A DNA stretch of 64,000 nt, from positions 1 to 64,000 of the IMG/VR virus record IMGVR_UViG_3300009151_000043. The stretch is one strand, 5' to 3'. The stretch is from a virus. Of the stretch, positions 17,965 through 26,665 are shown piece by piece. The notes below the pieces were generated by a model that saw only the letters and a program-made list of their open reading frames with translations, ran no database searches and was not told the DNA's origin. Position 1 is the first letter of the stretch. Each line of letters begins with the position of its first letter. Position numbers and translations under genes: made by a program.

Positions 17965-18227
17965 CGGTGTTTTAATATATCTTGAATAGAGTTCTCGGGG
18001 GACTTTTTGGATATTACTATATCGAAATCAGCATTTTCAATATAGCTATAGCCGTGGAGCTTACAGGCTTTTTCAATGTTTACCTGACAAAGGCAGCTTT
18101 CAGGTATAAGCTGCCCAAGAGCATTATCCACAGGAAGATCTTTTGCAGATATCCCCAGCATATCTGCAAACCCTGTAGGGGTGTCAGTATCTTCCTTTGT
18201 GTCTTTGTTGTATACACGTACACACAT
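17961..18227 (-). CDS. Small hypothetical protein
   Basis: 88-aa ORF abutting neighbours. Confidence 0.55.
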   Translation of the reverse strand: MCVRVYNKDTKEDTDTPTGFADMLGISAKDLPVDNALGQLIPESCLCQVNIEKACKLHGYSYIENADFDIVISKKSPENSIQDILKHR

Positions 18228-18428
18228 TTACTCTTCGTAAGTTTTGTCGTTGTGATCATCTTGACAGAGTTCGCACCGCCAGACTGACTTTGTTGGATCT
18301 GTGGGGTACTCTTTAACTACATACAGGTACTCGCCATCGAGCACCTGTTGTCCTGTAATTACATCATTGCAGTCTCCGCATGTGAACTGCATTTCAGGGG
18401 TTACACCTTTTTTGCCTAGTATGCTCAT
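18228..18428 (-). CDS. Small zinc-ribbon protein
   Basis: CGDC...CELC. Confidence 0.6.
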   Translation of the reverse strand: MSILGKKGVTPEMQFTCGDCNDVITGQQVLDGEYLYVVKEYPTDPTKSVWRCELCQDDHNDKTYEE

Positions 18429-18435
18429 AGTATGT

Positions 18436-19527
18436 TTATGCTGAGTATATGCTTTCTTTGAACTGGTCTAATGTTGTTTTAGGATCACCTTCAGTCAGTA
18501 ACTTATACGCTAGATTGTATACTGCCTCGCTATTTTCAACTCCTCTTGTAAGCTCGCGAAGAACACCACAGAACCTGTCGGCTGTTTTGATCTCTGAGCG
18601 AATATTAACCAACTCTTCTTTACCGTCTTTGTCTTGCTTTACCTTACTGGTCTTCACGAAACCAATCTCATGCAAGAAATCTAATTTGTTTCCAACATCC
18701 ACACCGTCGTGTAGTTTAACAAGGAATACAGGACGCTTTGGACCTAGCTTGTAGGTGGCGTACTGGGTATCTTTTGTCTGAGCTTCAAGGTTATCAGGTG
18801 TGACGTCTAGTGTGACATACTGCCTAGGAAGGGCATATTTAATATTCTTCAGCTTCTCGCCGTCGAAGAAATATAAGCCTTCTTTAACAGTCTCATTGGC
18901 TGCAGTCACACCTAGGCTGCCGCAATACCCGCAGAACAACTCTTTATCGCAGGAGATATCATGAAAGCGCATCTGCCTTCTGATATGAATATCGCCCAGG
19001 AATACTCCACGAATACTTTCGCACTGATTGGAGAGATCCAGATCCTTGAGACTGATCTTTTTCTTCTCTTCGCAGAACGGCCACAACTCAGGTACCTGTT
19101 GATGTAGGAATATACTCACTACAGTATTCGGAGCTTTTCTATTAAGTTCAATATTCAAGAGCTCGATAACGTCACTAGGATTATCACTATAGTCTACGCC
19201 GGCGAACTCAGGAACACTGTTAATAGGTTTAAACCCACATACACTCTCCCATGTACTTCCGTTGATAGGTTTGCTGTGATCTCCTGCAATAGCTACAGGA
19301 ATTACCTTTCCTTCTAGTCTTCTTAGCTCTGCTGTAACGAATCTGATGGTGTCGCTACTAGGTTTATTATTATCGAATAAATCACCAACGCTGACGAGGT
19401 AATCCACCTCATACTCAAGAGCCTTATCGATAACCATAGAGAATAATTCTCGGTTATCTTGCTCTAGTTCTGGAATGTTATAAAGTTTGCTTTCTAGATG
19501 TTGGTCGCTAAATGCTATGAACTTCAT
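18436..19527 (-). CDS. sbcD: SbcD/Mre11 (gp47-like) nuclease
   Basis: Start at MKFIAFSDQHL (ATG 19527, ATGA overlap). Metallophosphoesterase motifs DxH, GDLFD, GDH, LHQ, LGDIH, YCGS. Confidence 0.88.
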   Translation of the reverse strand: MKFIAFSDQHLESKLYNIPELEQDNRELFSMVIDKALEYEVDYLVSVGDLFDNNKPSSDTIRFVTAELRRLEGKVIPVAIAGDHSKPINGSTWESVCGFKPINSVPEFAGVDYSDNPSDVIELLNIELNRKAPNTVVSIFLHQQVPELWPFCEEKKKISLKDLDLSNQCESIRGVFLGDIHIRRQMRFHDISCDKELFCGYCGSLGVTAANETVKEGLYFFDGEKLKNIKYALPRQYVTLDVTPDNLEAQTKDTQYATYKLGPKRPVFLVKLHDGVDVGNKLDFLHEIGFVKTSKVKQDKDGKEELVNIRSEIKTADRFCGVLRELTRGVENSEAVYNLAYKLLTEGDPKTTLDQFKESIYSA

Positions 19528-20063
19528 GTTGTGTGGAATCTGTTGATAGGTTCTGATTTCCATTTTTTCATAGGTGTAAAGATATCCACACCTAGCCGCT
19601 TGCTGGCGAATCCGAGCATTCTCAGATTCGGCCAGGCTTGTGGACGAACATCGAGAGTAAGTCTCAATGCTTCTTCCGGAGTCTTTCCCTGCATTACCCA
19701 AGCAATGATACCCACTGCCGTACTGCGCGATATGCCTGCAAAGCAATTAACCCCCAGATTATAAACGGCAGGGCTATCGACAAAAGGATCCAAAAAACTG
19801 ATGATGTTGTTGACGTGTTGCTCTTGAGGTCCTTGTTCATTTAGGTTTTGTTGAATAAATGGTTCTGTGTCTTCGTCACTCCAGTCTCTGAAATATTGAC
19901 TGAAATGTGCTATTCCTTTCCTGGATAGCCTATTCTTTAATTTTAAAACTTTATCTCTATCTTCAGGATCTACTGTGGTGATCCATACGTTTTGCTCTAA
20001 ATTTTCCTTGTATGGGATATCCAAGGCTTTGTTCAGCGCGGTAATAATTACACTGTTTATCAT
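19524..20063 (-). CDS. Predicted protein-tyrosine/dual-specificity phosphatase-like protein
   Basis: Intact CX5R loop VNCFAGISRS, plus FRD and RPQAWPN. Confidence 0.8.
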   Translation of the reverse strand: MINSVIITALNKALDIPYKENLEQNVWITTVDPEDRDKVLKLKNRLSRKGIAHFSQYFRDWSDEDTEPFIQQNLNEQGPQEQHVNNIISFLDPFVDSPAVYNLGVNCFAGISRSTAVGIIAWVMQGKTPEEALRLTLDVRPQAWPNLRMLGFASKRLGVDIFTPMKKWKSEPINRFHTT

Positions 20064-20446
20064 AATTGTAGTTTTCTGTGCTCAATTTGTTTTGGGGTTT
20101 TAACAGCGACAACTTTAGTAGCCGGTTTGGGCTTAAGCACACTTAGAATAGCTCTAGAGGTCAGCCCTTCGCCATTTTTGAGAAGTCTGAATTTTTTTTC
20201 GCTTAGCTTCTCCTTGAGTTTAGATTTAAAGGCTACCAAAGCAATATCTATGTGCTCTGTAGATAAATCTAGCTTTTTTGTAAGCTCGGCATCACCATTG
20301 TAACCATAATACCTATAAAGCCTATAAATTCCGGCGTCGTCCTCCACCAACTCAATCAACCACAGTCGATAATCATACAAGACACTTTCCTCGTCACAGA
20401 CATATATACAAAAGGATTTGAGTATCTCAAGGGTTATTCTTTGCAT
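20060..20446 (-). CDS. WGR-like domain protein
   Basis: LWLIEL...YRLYRYYGYNG...AFKSKLKEKLSEKKF follows the WGR pattern with YG in place of WG; ATG 20446 preferred over the track start. Confidence 0.5.
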   Translation of the reverse strand: MQRITLEILKSFCIYVCDEESVLYDYRLWLIELVEDDAGIYRLYRYYGYNGDAELTKKLDLSTEHIDIALVAFKSKLKEKLSEKKFRLLKNGEGLTSRAILSVLKPKPATKVVAVKTPKQIEHRKLQL

Positions 20447-20451
20447 TTTGT

Positions 20452-20763
20452 TCAAGGTTTATTCTTTGCATTTTGCTCTTGGCGGCCTTTAAGCGCAGCC
20501 AGCTTCTGTTCGAGTTCGTTTATTTCGTCCTCCAAAGGGTCATATTCTTCAAAAAGCGCGGAAATGTTGTCTATACACTCGTTGTGATAGTCCGCTATTC
20601 CTTCTGAACCTGCTTCTCTCACCATACGATTTATACCTCGCAACTGCTCAAAAATGAGTGTTTTTATTATTTCGAAATGTACGAACGCTCCTGTGGGAGA
20701 AGAGCGTAGATTTCTTGAGGATCCGTCGGGCGTATGATATCTTATTAAATCTCGTCTATGCAT
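20452..20763 (-). CDS. Hypothetical protein with C-terminal coiled coil
   Basis: 103-aa ORF. Confidence 0.55.
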   Translation of the reverse strand: MHRRDLIRYHTPDGSSRNLRSSPTGAFVHFEIIKTLIFEQLRGINRMVREAGSEGIADYHNECIDNISALFEEYDPLEDEINELEQKLAALKGRQEQNAKNKP

Positions 20764-20770
20764 ATATGGT

Positions 20771-20805
20771 AAAAGTAGTCCTTGCAGAGGATCGGACTCT
20801 GCAAG
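20771..20805 (-). terminator. Probable terminator closing the Ycf46/DUF1257/DUF2997 module
   Basis: 9-bp stem CTTGCAGAG/CTCTGCAAG with a 7-nt loop, then GACTACTTTT (short, displaced U-tract). Confidence 0.55.
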
Positions 20806-20814
20806 TATATTATA

Positions 20815-21081
20815 CTACAAATTTACCGCAGCATCAAAGGCATCTTCAATAGATTTATTGAGATACTTTCTTTCTGCAGCTATAACTTCGCTGCGTACTG
20901 GGTGCTCAGCTATGACTGCTCCCTGTAGGTCTGTAGCCACCCAACACTGCTGCGTGTGGTTAAACTCTACATTTGATACCCTGGCTACCTTCTTTTCGCC
21001 AAGGGAGCATAGTCTGTCGATTACATCATCTGCCAAGCCACTAACGTTACCCTCTTTATCTATATAGAGCTGGGTAGTCAT
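20815..21081 (-). CDS. Conserved small protein of AAA/DUF1257/DUF2997 clusters
   Basis: LG...RVSNVEF...W...RSEVIAAE pattern, recalled from proteins accompanying such clusters. Confidence 0.6.
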   Translation of the reverse strand: MTTQLYIDKEGNVSGLADDVIDRLCSLGEKKVARVSNVEFNHTQQCWVATDLQGAVIAEHPVRSEVIAAERKYLNKSIEDAFDAAVNL

Positions 21082-21281
21082 TAATGCTGTATCTTTTCAG
21101 ACTGAGCTAGGCACTGAGGTTCGTTATACTCGTCAGTCATCATTCTGGAAGACTCGTCAGCCTTACCCAAGGACTTCTCCAGGAATTTAGTGACATCCAG
21201 GCAGCCTTCACCGTAGCCTTCTAGCTTATCTAGGCTAACATTACCGTCTTTACTGATCTTGAACTGAATTTTCTTAGACAT
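21081..21281 (-). CDS. DUF2997-family protein
   Basis: IQFKISKDGNV...EGY.GEGCLDVTKFLEKSLG...TDEY. Confidence 0.8.
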   Translation of the reverse strand: MSKKIQFKISKDGNVSLDKLEGYGEGCLDVTKFLEKSLGKADESSRMMTDEYNEPQCLAQSEKIQH

Positions 21282-21561
21282 AGCTCAATGAGTCGTTTAC
21301 GATTTTACCTAGCTTATTGTATTTGAACTTGACCATGACAGTGTGCTTCTTTTCTGTAGGGCAATGTACAGTGTATGTCACAACTGCTTTGGCAGTGTTT
21401 TCCTCGTCGTCATCCATATGCATAGCATGCGCAGGCACACAGATATCATAGTCAACAGGCCGCTCGCCAGGAGGGGTGGCTTCCTTTAGCAATACTTCCT
21501 TAACAGCTTTTAAGAGCGTTGGTTTGACTGCCTCGAACTGCTCGTATTTCGCGTTTGACAT
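21274..21561 (-). CDS. Hypothetical protein
   Basis: 95-aa ORF inside the module. Confidence 0.6.
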   Translation of the reverse strand: MSNAKYEQFEAVKPTLLKAVKEVLLKEATPPGERPVDYDICVPAHAMHMDDDEENTAKAVVTYTVHCPTEKKHTVMVKFKYNKLGKIVNDSLSYV

Positions 21562-21562
21562 A

Positions 21563-21952
21563 TTATTTCTCAGCTGTAACTACAAGCTCGCCAGTAGCAA
21601 GCTCTTCGACTTTATACTCAAGATCTTCCTCCTGCATGAATTTCTTGATTTCGTCCAGAGCGTACCCCTGCTTGATATCTTTGAGATTGCTTCCCAGCTG
21701 CTTCTCGATACTGCGGTCAAAGAAGTCGCATACGAAATAAGCGTTTCCTTCAGCATCAATGTTGATACCTATGTCGTAACCACTCGGTGAGGGGTTCCTA
21801 GCCACATACTTGTGGATTTCATCCCTGCGAGGATCACTAGGATAGGTATTGCATTTCATACCGCTAGCGATGCTCCAGCCTTTTTTCTTAAACTGACCTA
21901 ATAGGTTCTCTATGCTTTTGAACTGTGTTTTGATATTTACGCTGTGGCTCAT
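21563..21952 (-). CDS. DUF1257 / Ycf35-like protein
   Basis: MSHSVNIKTQF...YDIG...VCDFF...IKQGYA...GELVV. Confidence 0.8.
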   Translation of the reverse strand: MSHSVNIKTQFKSIENLLGQFKKKGWSIASGMKCNTYPSDPRRDEIHKYVARNPSPSGYDIGINIDAEGNAYFVCDFFDRSIEKQLGSNLKDIKQGYALDEIKKFMQEEDLEYKVEELATGELVVTAEK

Positions 21953-22257
21953 AGTATTGATATGTTGTCGTAACTGTCCGCCATTTGCAACGAAAGTTGC
22001 ACTATTTCTTTAATATCGAAGGTTTGCTCGATAAGTTTTACAAAATCCGCAAATAACATTTCTACAGCTTGCGGGTGTTCGTTTTCGTTTGCAGGGATGG
22101 CAATATTTACTTTACCGTCAGCTATGGAGGAGATATCTCCATTCGCAACTTCACAATATGGTAGCGCGATGGTGTAATTATCCCCGCGAAACTTGACAGT
22201 TAACATGTCAAATCTTGGCGGCTCCAATACTCCTTGGTCGTCTTCGTCTTCGTACAT
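21949..22257 (-). CDS. Hypothetical acidic protein
   Basis: 102-aa ORF, coupled to both neighbours. Confidence 0.6.
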   Translation of the reverse strand: MYEDEDDQGVLEPPRFDMLTVKFRGDNYTIALPYCEVANGDISSIADGKVNIAIPANENEHPQAVEMLFADFVKLIEQTFDIKEIVQLSLQMADSYDNISIL

Positions 22258-23261
22258 TAGATGCTTAGTTTACGGAAGTACTCGCCAGAAATATTTGCAA
22301 CGTCTGAAAGAGACTTTGCTTCTGCGACTACACTGTTCAAATGCTGCTGGAGAAGACCCATAGCGTCCTTATCTTTGGAGAAATCATGGTCTCCTACCAA
22401 CAATTTTTCAACTTTAGCTAGCTCAGCTTCAACATTTCGATCATCTACAAAATTCATATCCCGGAATTCCTGGATATGCTTCAATAGCGTTCTGACGCTT
22501 GCGTCACTTACCACTTCCTTCTTATTGATCTTGCTTAGTGCGACTGTGCAGTGCTCTACAATCTTGGAGCGTAATGTAGCTGTCACATCACTCACAAAAT
22601 CATTAATTTTGCTCATATGTGTATTCAGCTGGCGGTTGTACTCTTCTCGATACTTGCTTTTTGCTCCCTGCCTTTCCTCAGACTCAACAACTTCGCGTTG
22701 AATCTCGTCCTGTAGATTAAGCTCAGAAAAGGCTGCAGGCAGGGCAATTTCAAACGATACGATATCTAGATAGAATTTGTTTCGTACGTTCGCTACTGCA
22801 GGGTAATAAGACTCAAGGTTATCTACGTCTACAGTAGCTTTATGCTCCTGGTAGTATTCGATGGCCTCTTTCTTGTAATCTTCGTACTTTTCCAGGAACT
22901 CTGCTGTGAGCGCCAGGTATTCGTCGCGCATCTCGTCAAGTTTCTTGTATACCTCAAGATACTTTGTCTTCGGTACAAAGTGCGCCTGAGATACGAGAGG
23001 GAAGTCAAATGAGTTGGTATAAAGATATTTACGGATCTTTTGCTCCAGGCTCTTGAATTTATTGTATACTGCGGGTTTGATAAGCATCTTCTTGCCGAGC
23101 TTGATGGTGTCTGGAAGTTTGTTGTCCAGCTTGATATCCTCCTCTACAAGATTGTAGCTCATCCCCCACATACCGATGTGTATGTTGACAAGCTTTCCGT
23201 CTTGGAAAACTTTGTCATAGTACTTCTGAAGTGTGTCTGTGATTTTGTATTCTTGGCTCAT
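22257..23261 (-). CDS. DUF3150-like helical protein
   Basis: LVNIHIGMWG...LGKKMLI...RKYL..SF.FP...FVP...F...Y...YP pattern. Confidence 0.6.
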   Translation of the reverse strand: MSQEYKITDTLQKYYDKVFQDGKLVNIHIGMWGMSYNLVEEDIKLDNKLPDTIKLGKKMLIKPAVYNKFKSLEQKIRKYLYTNSFDFPLVSQAHFVPKTKYLEVYKKLDEMRDEYLALTAEFLEKYEDYKKEAIEYYQEHKATVDVDNLESYYPAVANVRNKFYLDIVSFEIALPAAFSELNLQDEIQREVVESEERQGAKSKYREEYNRQLNTHMSKINDFVSDVTATLRSKIVEHCTVALSKINKKEVVSDASVRTLLKHIQEFRDMNFVDDRNVEAELAKVEKLLVGDHDFSKDKDAMGLLQQHLNSVVAEAKSLSDVANISGEYFRKLSI

Positions 23262-23280
23262 GATATTTTAGTGTTTTTAA

Positions 23281-25705
23281 TTATTCTTCGTCGTTACCGA
23301 TGGCTATACTGAGTTTACGCATGTTCTTTTGTACATCTGCGACAGGGTCGCCTTTACTAGTCACCATGACCAATTTACCCTGTGCTTGTCTACGCATACC
23401 CTTCAAGTCGTCTTCATGACTTACTGCGAATGGAATGAACTCTGCCAATACTTCCATCACATGACTGTCGCTGACTTCTTCTCCCTGGTCAAATGCCTTG
23501 TATAGTGCATCTTTGAACACCTCCTCAATTTCCGCACCTGTGAAGTTCTCTGCTCCGGTCACAAGTGTTTTGAGACTGAAGTCCTTCGGATCTCTTTTGT
23601 ACTTCTTGATAACCACGGTGAAGATTTCTTTTCTTTCTTCTGCTGTGGGCAAATCTACCCAGAACAGCTGGTCAAACCTACCCTTACGGATAAGTGCGGC
23701 TGGGAGGAGAGTGTGATTGTTTGTGGTAGCTACAATAAACGCAGGGTTTTTGCGGTCGTTGAGCCAGCTGAGAAATGTTCCGAAAATGCGGCTACTGACA
23801 CCGCTATCTCCTGACCCGCTAACCGCACTGTTACTGAGTGCTTTTTCAATTTCCAATAATGTTACGAATATACCGCTTCCGTATATCCTCTGCATGTCTC
23901 CATACAGTTCAGATCATATCTTAGCTTCTCTTCTAATTTTTGCAACGCACCTAGCGCAACGACCTGCCGAATTATGCTTGCTATCAGCCTTGTTACATAA
24001 CACACAGACAGTATGATTTTTAGCCCAGCCGTCTCTGCCGGGTTTAAACCTACTGGAAAGTAGCTGCGCCCTGTGTTCGGTGGAGTGACAAGACCTACAT
24101 AAAGTTATAAGATTATCCAGTCGATTATTCGGTGTTTTGCTGTTGCGCCCATTACCATCAATATGATGTATAATATTTCCTGAGTTAAAACAGCGCTGAC
24201 ACTTATTATCGTCACGGACAAGCACAGCTTGCCTATTGCCTGAAAAATAACGTTGTTCACGTTTTTCTTTGGCGCTAGGCTTCTGCTTCGTTATGTAGTG
24301 CTTATTCTTTTGAGCTTTTACTTTAGCTATATTAGCTACATCACTGTGATGCCGCTTGAGATAGCAGTAATTACATAGCCCTTTGGCTATATGTCTGCGC
24401 TCTGTGGTGTTGCATTCGATGCACTTATCTGCCTTTTTACTCCAAGGTTTCATAGTTATAATCTACCTAGAGTTGAAAAGTTTTTCAAGAGAAACTTTCA
24501 GTTTTTCGAAGTTGCTAACTTCTACGTCTTACGACTGATCGTTGAACCTTCCTCCGCTGGAGGCTCGGCTGCTGATTGCCCAATCCTGTATGTTTTCAAA
24601 CATTCACGCTTACAATTACTTGTTACGTTGTAGTCATGCAGGCTCTAAGGGTATCCCAGCAATTAACTGAATTTTAGATCAACCAAATTTAATCGATCAA
24701 AATTACGCATTTACCAATACTCTCCACAGTCTTGATCATCTCGCGCATATTCTTTTCAGAATTACCCACCAGCGAGTCAAAAATACTGCCAATATCCAGG
24801 GCGAATAAAGGGCAGTCAAACTCTTTAGCGATAGCTTTACAAATCAAAGACTTACCTGTACCTGGAACACTCGCCAGCAACATACCTTTAGGCATCGGTA
24901 AATTATAATCTCGGGCATCTTTACTGTAGGCCTTTTTGCGGGCAGTAAGCCAGTTTTTAAGCCCCTGCATGCCGCCAACATTCTCAAAAGAGATGTTAGG
25001 CTCCATGTAAGTCAGCAACCCGTTTTTCCTGAGCTGGGCAATTTTTTCCTGAAAAACTGCCTCCACAAAGGCTGTGTTAAATTTACGTACGGCTACCAGA
25101 GCTACAGAGAAGGCGTTCTCGACCTCCACGTTAGTCATGCCCTTGGCTGCCTCAACTGCACCATCAAGGATATACTCATCGATCTGCATCAACGGCTTGT
25201 TATTAGCTTCCCTATCTTTGTTTACTGAGCTCTGTACAAAGAGCAACCTTTCTTTGATCGCTGCGGAATCTGGCAGATCATAATCAACAAGCTGAATTTC
25301 TTTCTGAAGCTCGGCAGGCACTGCAAACTTCTGCCCTACCATGATAATCATGTTCGCGCGGCTCTTTAGCATATTCCAAGCATTACGCAGCATGCGGATA
25401 TTCAACACCTTGTCGAAGTGCAAATGGAAGTCTTTAAGAATAAAGATATTTTGCTCCTGCTTGTAGCTTTGAATATAACGAAGCAACTCCGTAGTTACCT
25501 TGGTGTCGTCAGGATGATTTACATCTATTTCAGCACTTCTGCAAATAAGCCCGTTCTGCGCATCCCATTCATGGATAGCTACAGCTGGGTTATTTTTACG
25601 GATTTCCAGTAGCTCTTTAGCTAGCCGTCCTTCCTCGTGGGTGAGGACGAAAAGACCTGAGTAACCTGCTTTGTGATAATTTTCGATTTTAGTAATGAAG
25701 TTCAT
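23281..25705 (-). CDS. Ycf46-like AAA+ ATPase, spliced: exon 1 25705-24692 and exon 2 23853-23281 (528 aa)
   Basis: Exon 1 has THEEGR, ILKDFH, VGGMQGLKNWL, Walker A VPGTGKS and ends VILID. Exon 2 starts EIEKAL and has VATTN, RKGRFD, FTGAEIE. Joining restores Walker B VILIDEIEK. Confidence 0.9.
23854..24691 (-). mobile_element. Group I self-splicing intron (838 nt) with HNH ORF
   Basis: 5' exon ends in U. P1 GAUCGAU/GUUGAUC gives a U-G pair at the splice site. P/Q elements AAUUGCUGGGA and AAUCAGCAGCC. R GUUCAACGAUCA and S AAGAUAUGAUC form P7 GAUCA/UGAUC. Terminal G at 23854. Splicing restores the reading frame. Confidence 0.92.
23914..24453 (-). CDS. Intron-encoded HNH homing endonuclease
   Basis: RDDNKCQRC...HHIDGN...NN...NLITLCRSCHSTEH, flanked by two CxxC...H...G.CxxC modules. 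Confidence 0.88.
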   Translation of the reverse strand: MKPWSKKADKCIECNTTERRHIAKGLCNYCYLKRHHSDVANIAKVKAQKNKHYITKQKPSAKEKREQRYFSGNRQAVLVRDDNKCQRCFNSGNIIHHIDGNGRNSKTPNNRLDNLITLCRSCHSTEHRAQLLSSRFKPGRDGWAKNHTVCVLCNKADSKHNSAGRCARCVAKIRREAKI

Positions 25706-26375
25706 TTGATATGTTGGCTATGAAGTTGTTTTTCTTGATATGCTTTAACTCTTCGGTTTCTTTTATGTTGAAGAAGCCTAATATGTCTGCGGCTATTGCT
25801 TGCTGCATGGTTGTTTCGTTACGACTTGCTCTACTTCTGTAATATTGCACCTGCATAGGATGCATATTTTTTTCTATCCATTCCAATAATGAAAATATTG
25901 GATGCTCTTTTTTCTCCTGAGTAGGTGTTGACTCCTCAGGTTTTTCTTTAGGCTTCCTGCCTCTTTTCTTCGGCTCTTGCGCCACGATCTGCGGTGTGGG
26001 AGCGCTGAGCTTGTTTTTATTTTTAGCTCCTTTTGGGCGACCTCTGCGTCTGGGTGCAGCGTCAGCGGGATGTTCAACCTTTATGGGTTTGGCTTTGTTC
26101 TTTGCTCCCTTAGGTCTTCCTCTACGTTTAACTGGCTCCGCAGCTATGAAAACTACGTTATCCTCTTTTGGCTTATTTTTAGCTCCCTTAGGTCGGCCTC
26201 TTCTTGGTTTATCTAGGTCTTGAATAACGGGACCTGCCACCAAACTTCTTGGTTTGTTCTTTGCCCCTTTGGGGCGGCCTCTTTTCTTTACAATATCCGG
26301 AGATATATTACTCGTAAGACTCTTCGTCAGGGTCTCTTTCCTCTCGCAATCCTTTTTTTCTGATTTTTCGCTCAT
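25689..26375 (-). CDS. AT-hook repeat DNA-binding protein
   Basis: Four copies of RGRPKGAKNK plus KKRGRKPK. Confidence 0.85.
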   Translation of the reverse strand: MSEKSEKKDCERKETLTKSLTSNISPDIVKKRGRPKGAKNKPRSLVAGPVIQDLDKPRRGRPKGAKNKPKEDNVVFIAAEPVKRRGRPKGAKNKAKPIKVEHPADAAPRRRGRPKGAKNKNKLSAPTPQIVAQEPKKRGRKPKEKPEESTPTQEKKEHPIFSLLEWIEKNMHPMQVQYYRSRASRNETTMQQAIAADILGFFNIKETEELKHIKKNNFIANISNELHY

Positions 26376-26665
26376 GCGATTTTGATACGTCCGTATAATA
26401 CTTACCTTGAAGCTCCTGCTTCTCGGCGCGCTTATACTGGTTGCGCTTATCCCTTATCTGGTATTTACGTATAGTTCTACTCATATCAGCTATGATTATA
26501 TCATGGCTGTTTTCTTTTGTAGACTCTATAGTGTTTTTTTCTCTTGTTTGAATTACTGCTATCGAAGATACTGAATAGTGCGCTAGCTGCTCCGTCAAAG
26601 AAGCTGAACAGTCCCTCTATAGGTGATTCTTGCGTGGGTTTTTGGCTAAATTTTTTTCGCTTATT

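Noticed and set aside
19528-19746. N-terminal extension of SbcD in the ORF track
   Set aside because: It overlaps the phosphatase gene; the nuclease motif starts at ATG 19527 with an ATGA overlap.
23281-23895. Independent 204-aa gene or frameshifted pseudogene
   Set aside because: The first 14 codons are intron sequence; the rest is exon 2 of the spliced AAA ATPase. It is not an intein because exon 1 is followed by a stop codon.
26308-26598. 96-aa ORF upstream of the AT-hook gene
   Set aside because: It overlaps the AT-hook start by 68 nt and lies in the divergent promoter region. A short MSRTIRK gene is possible but unsupported.
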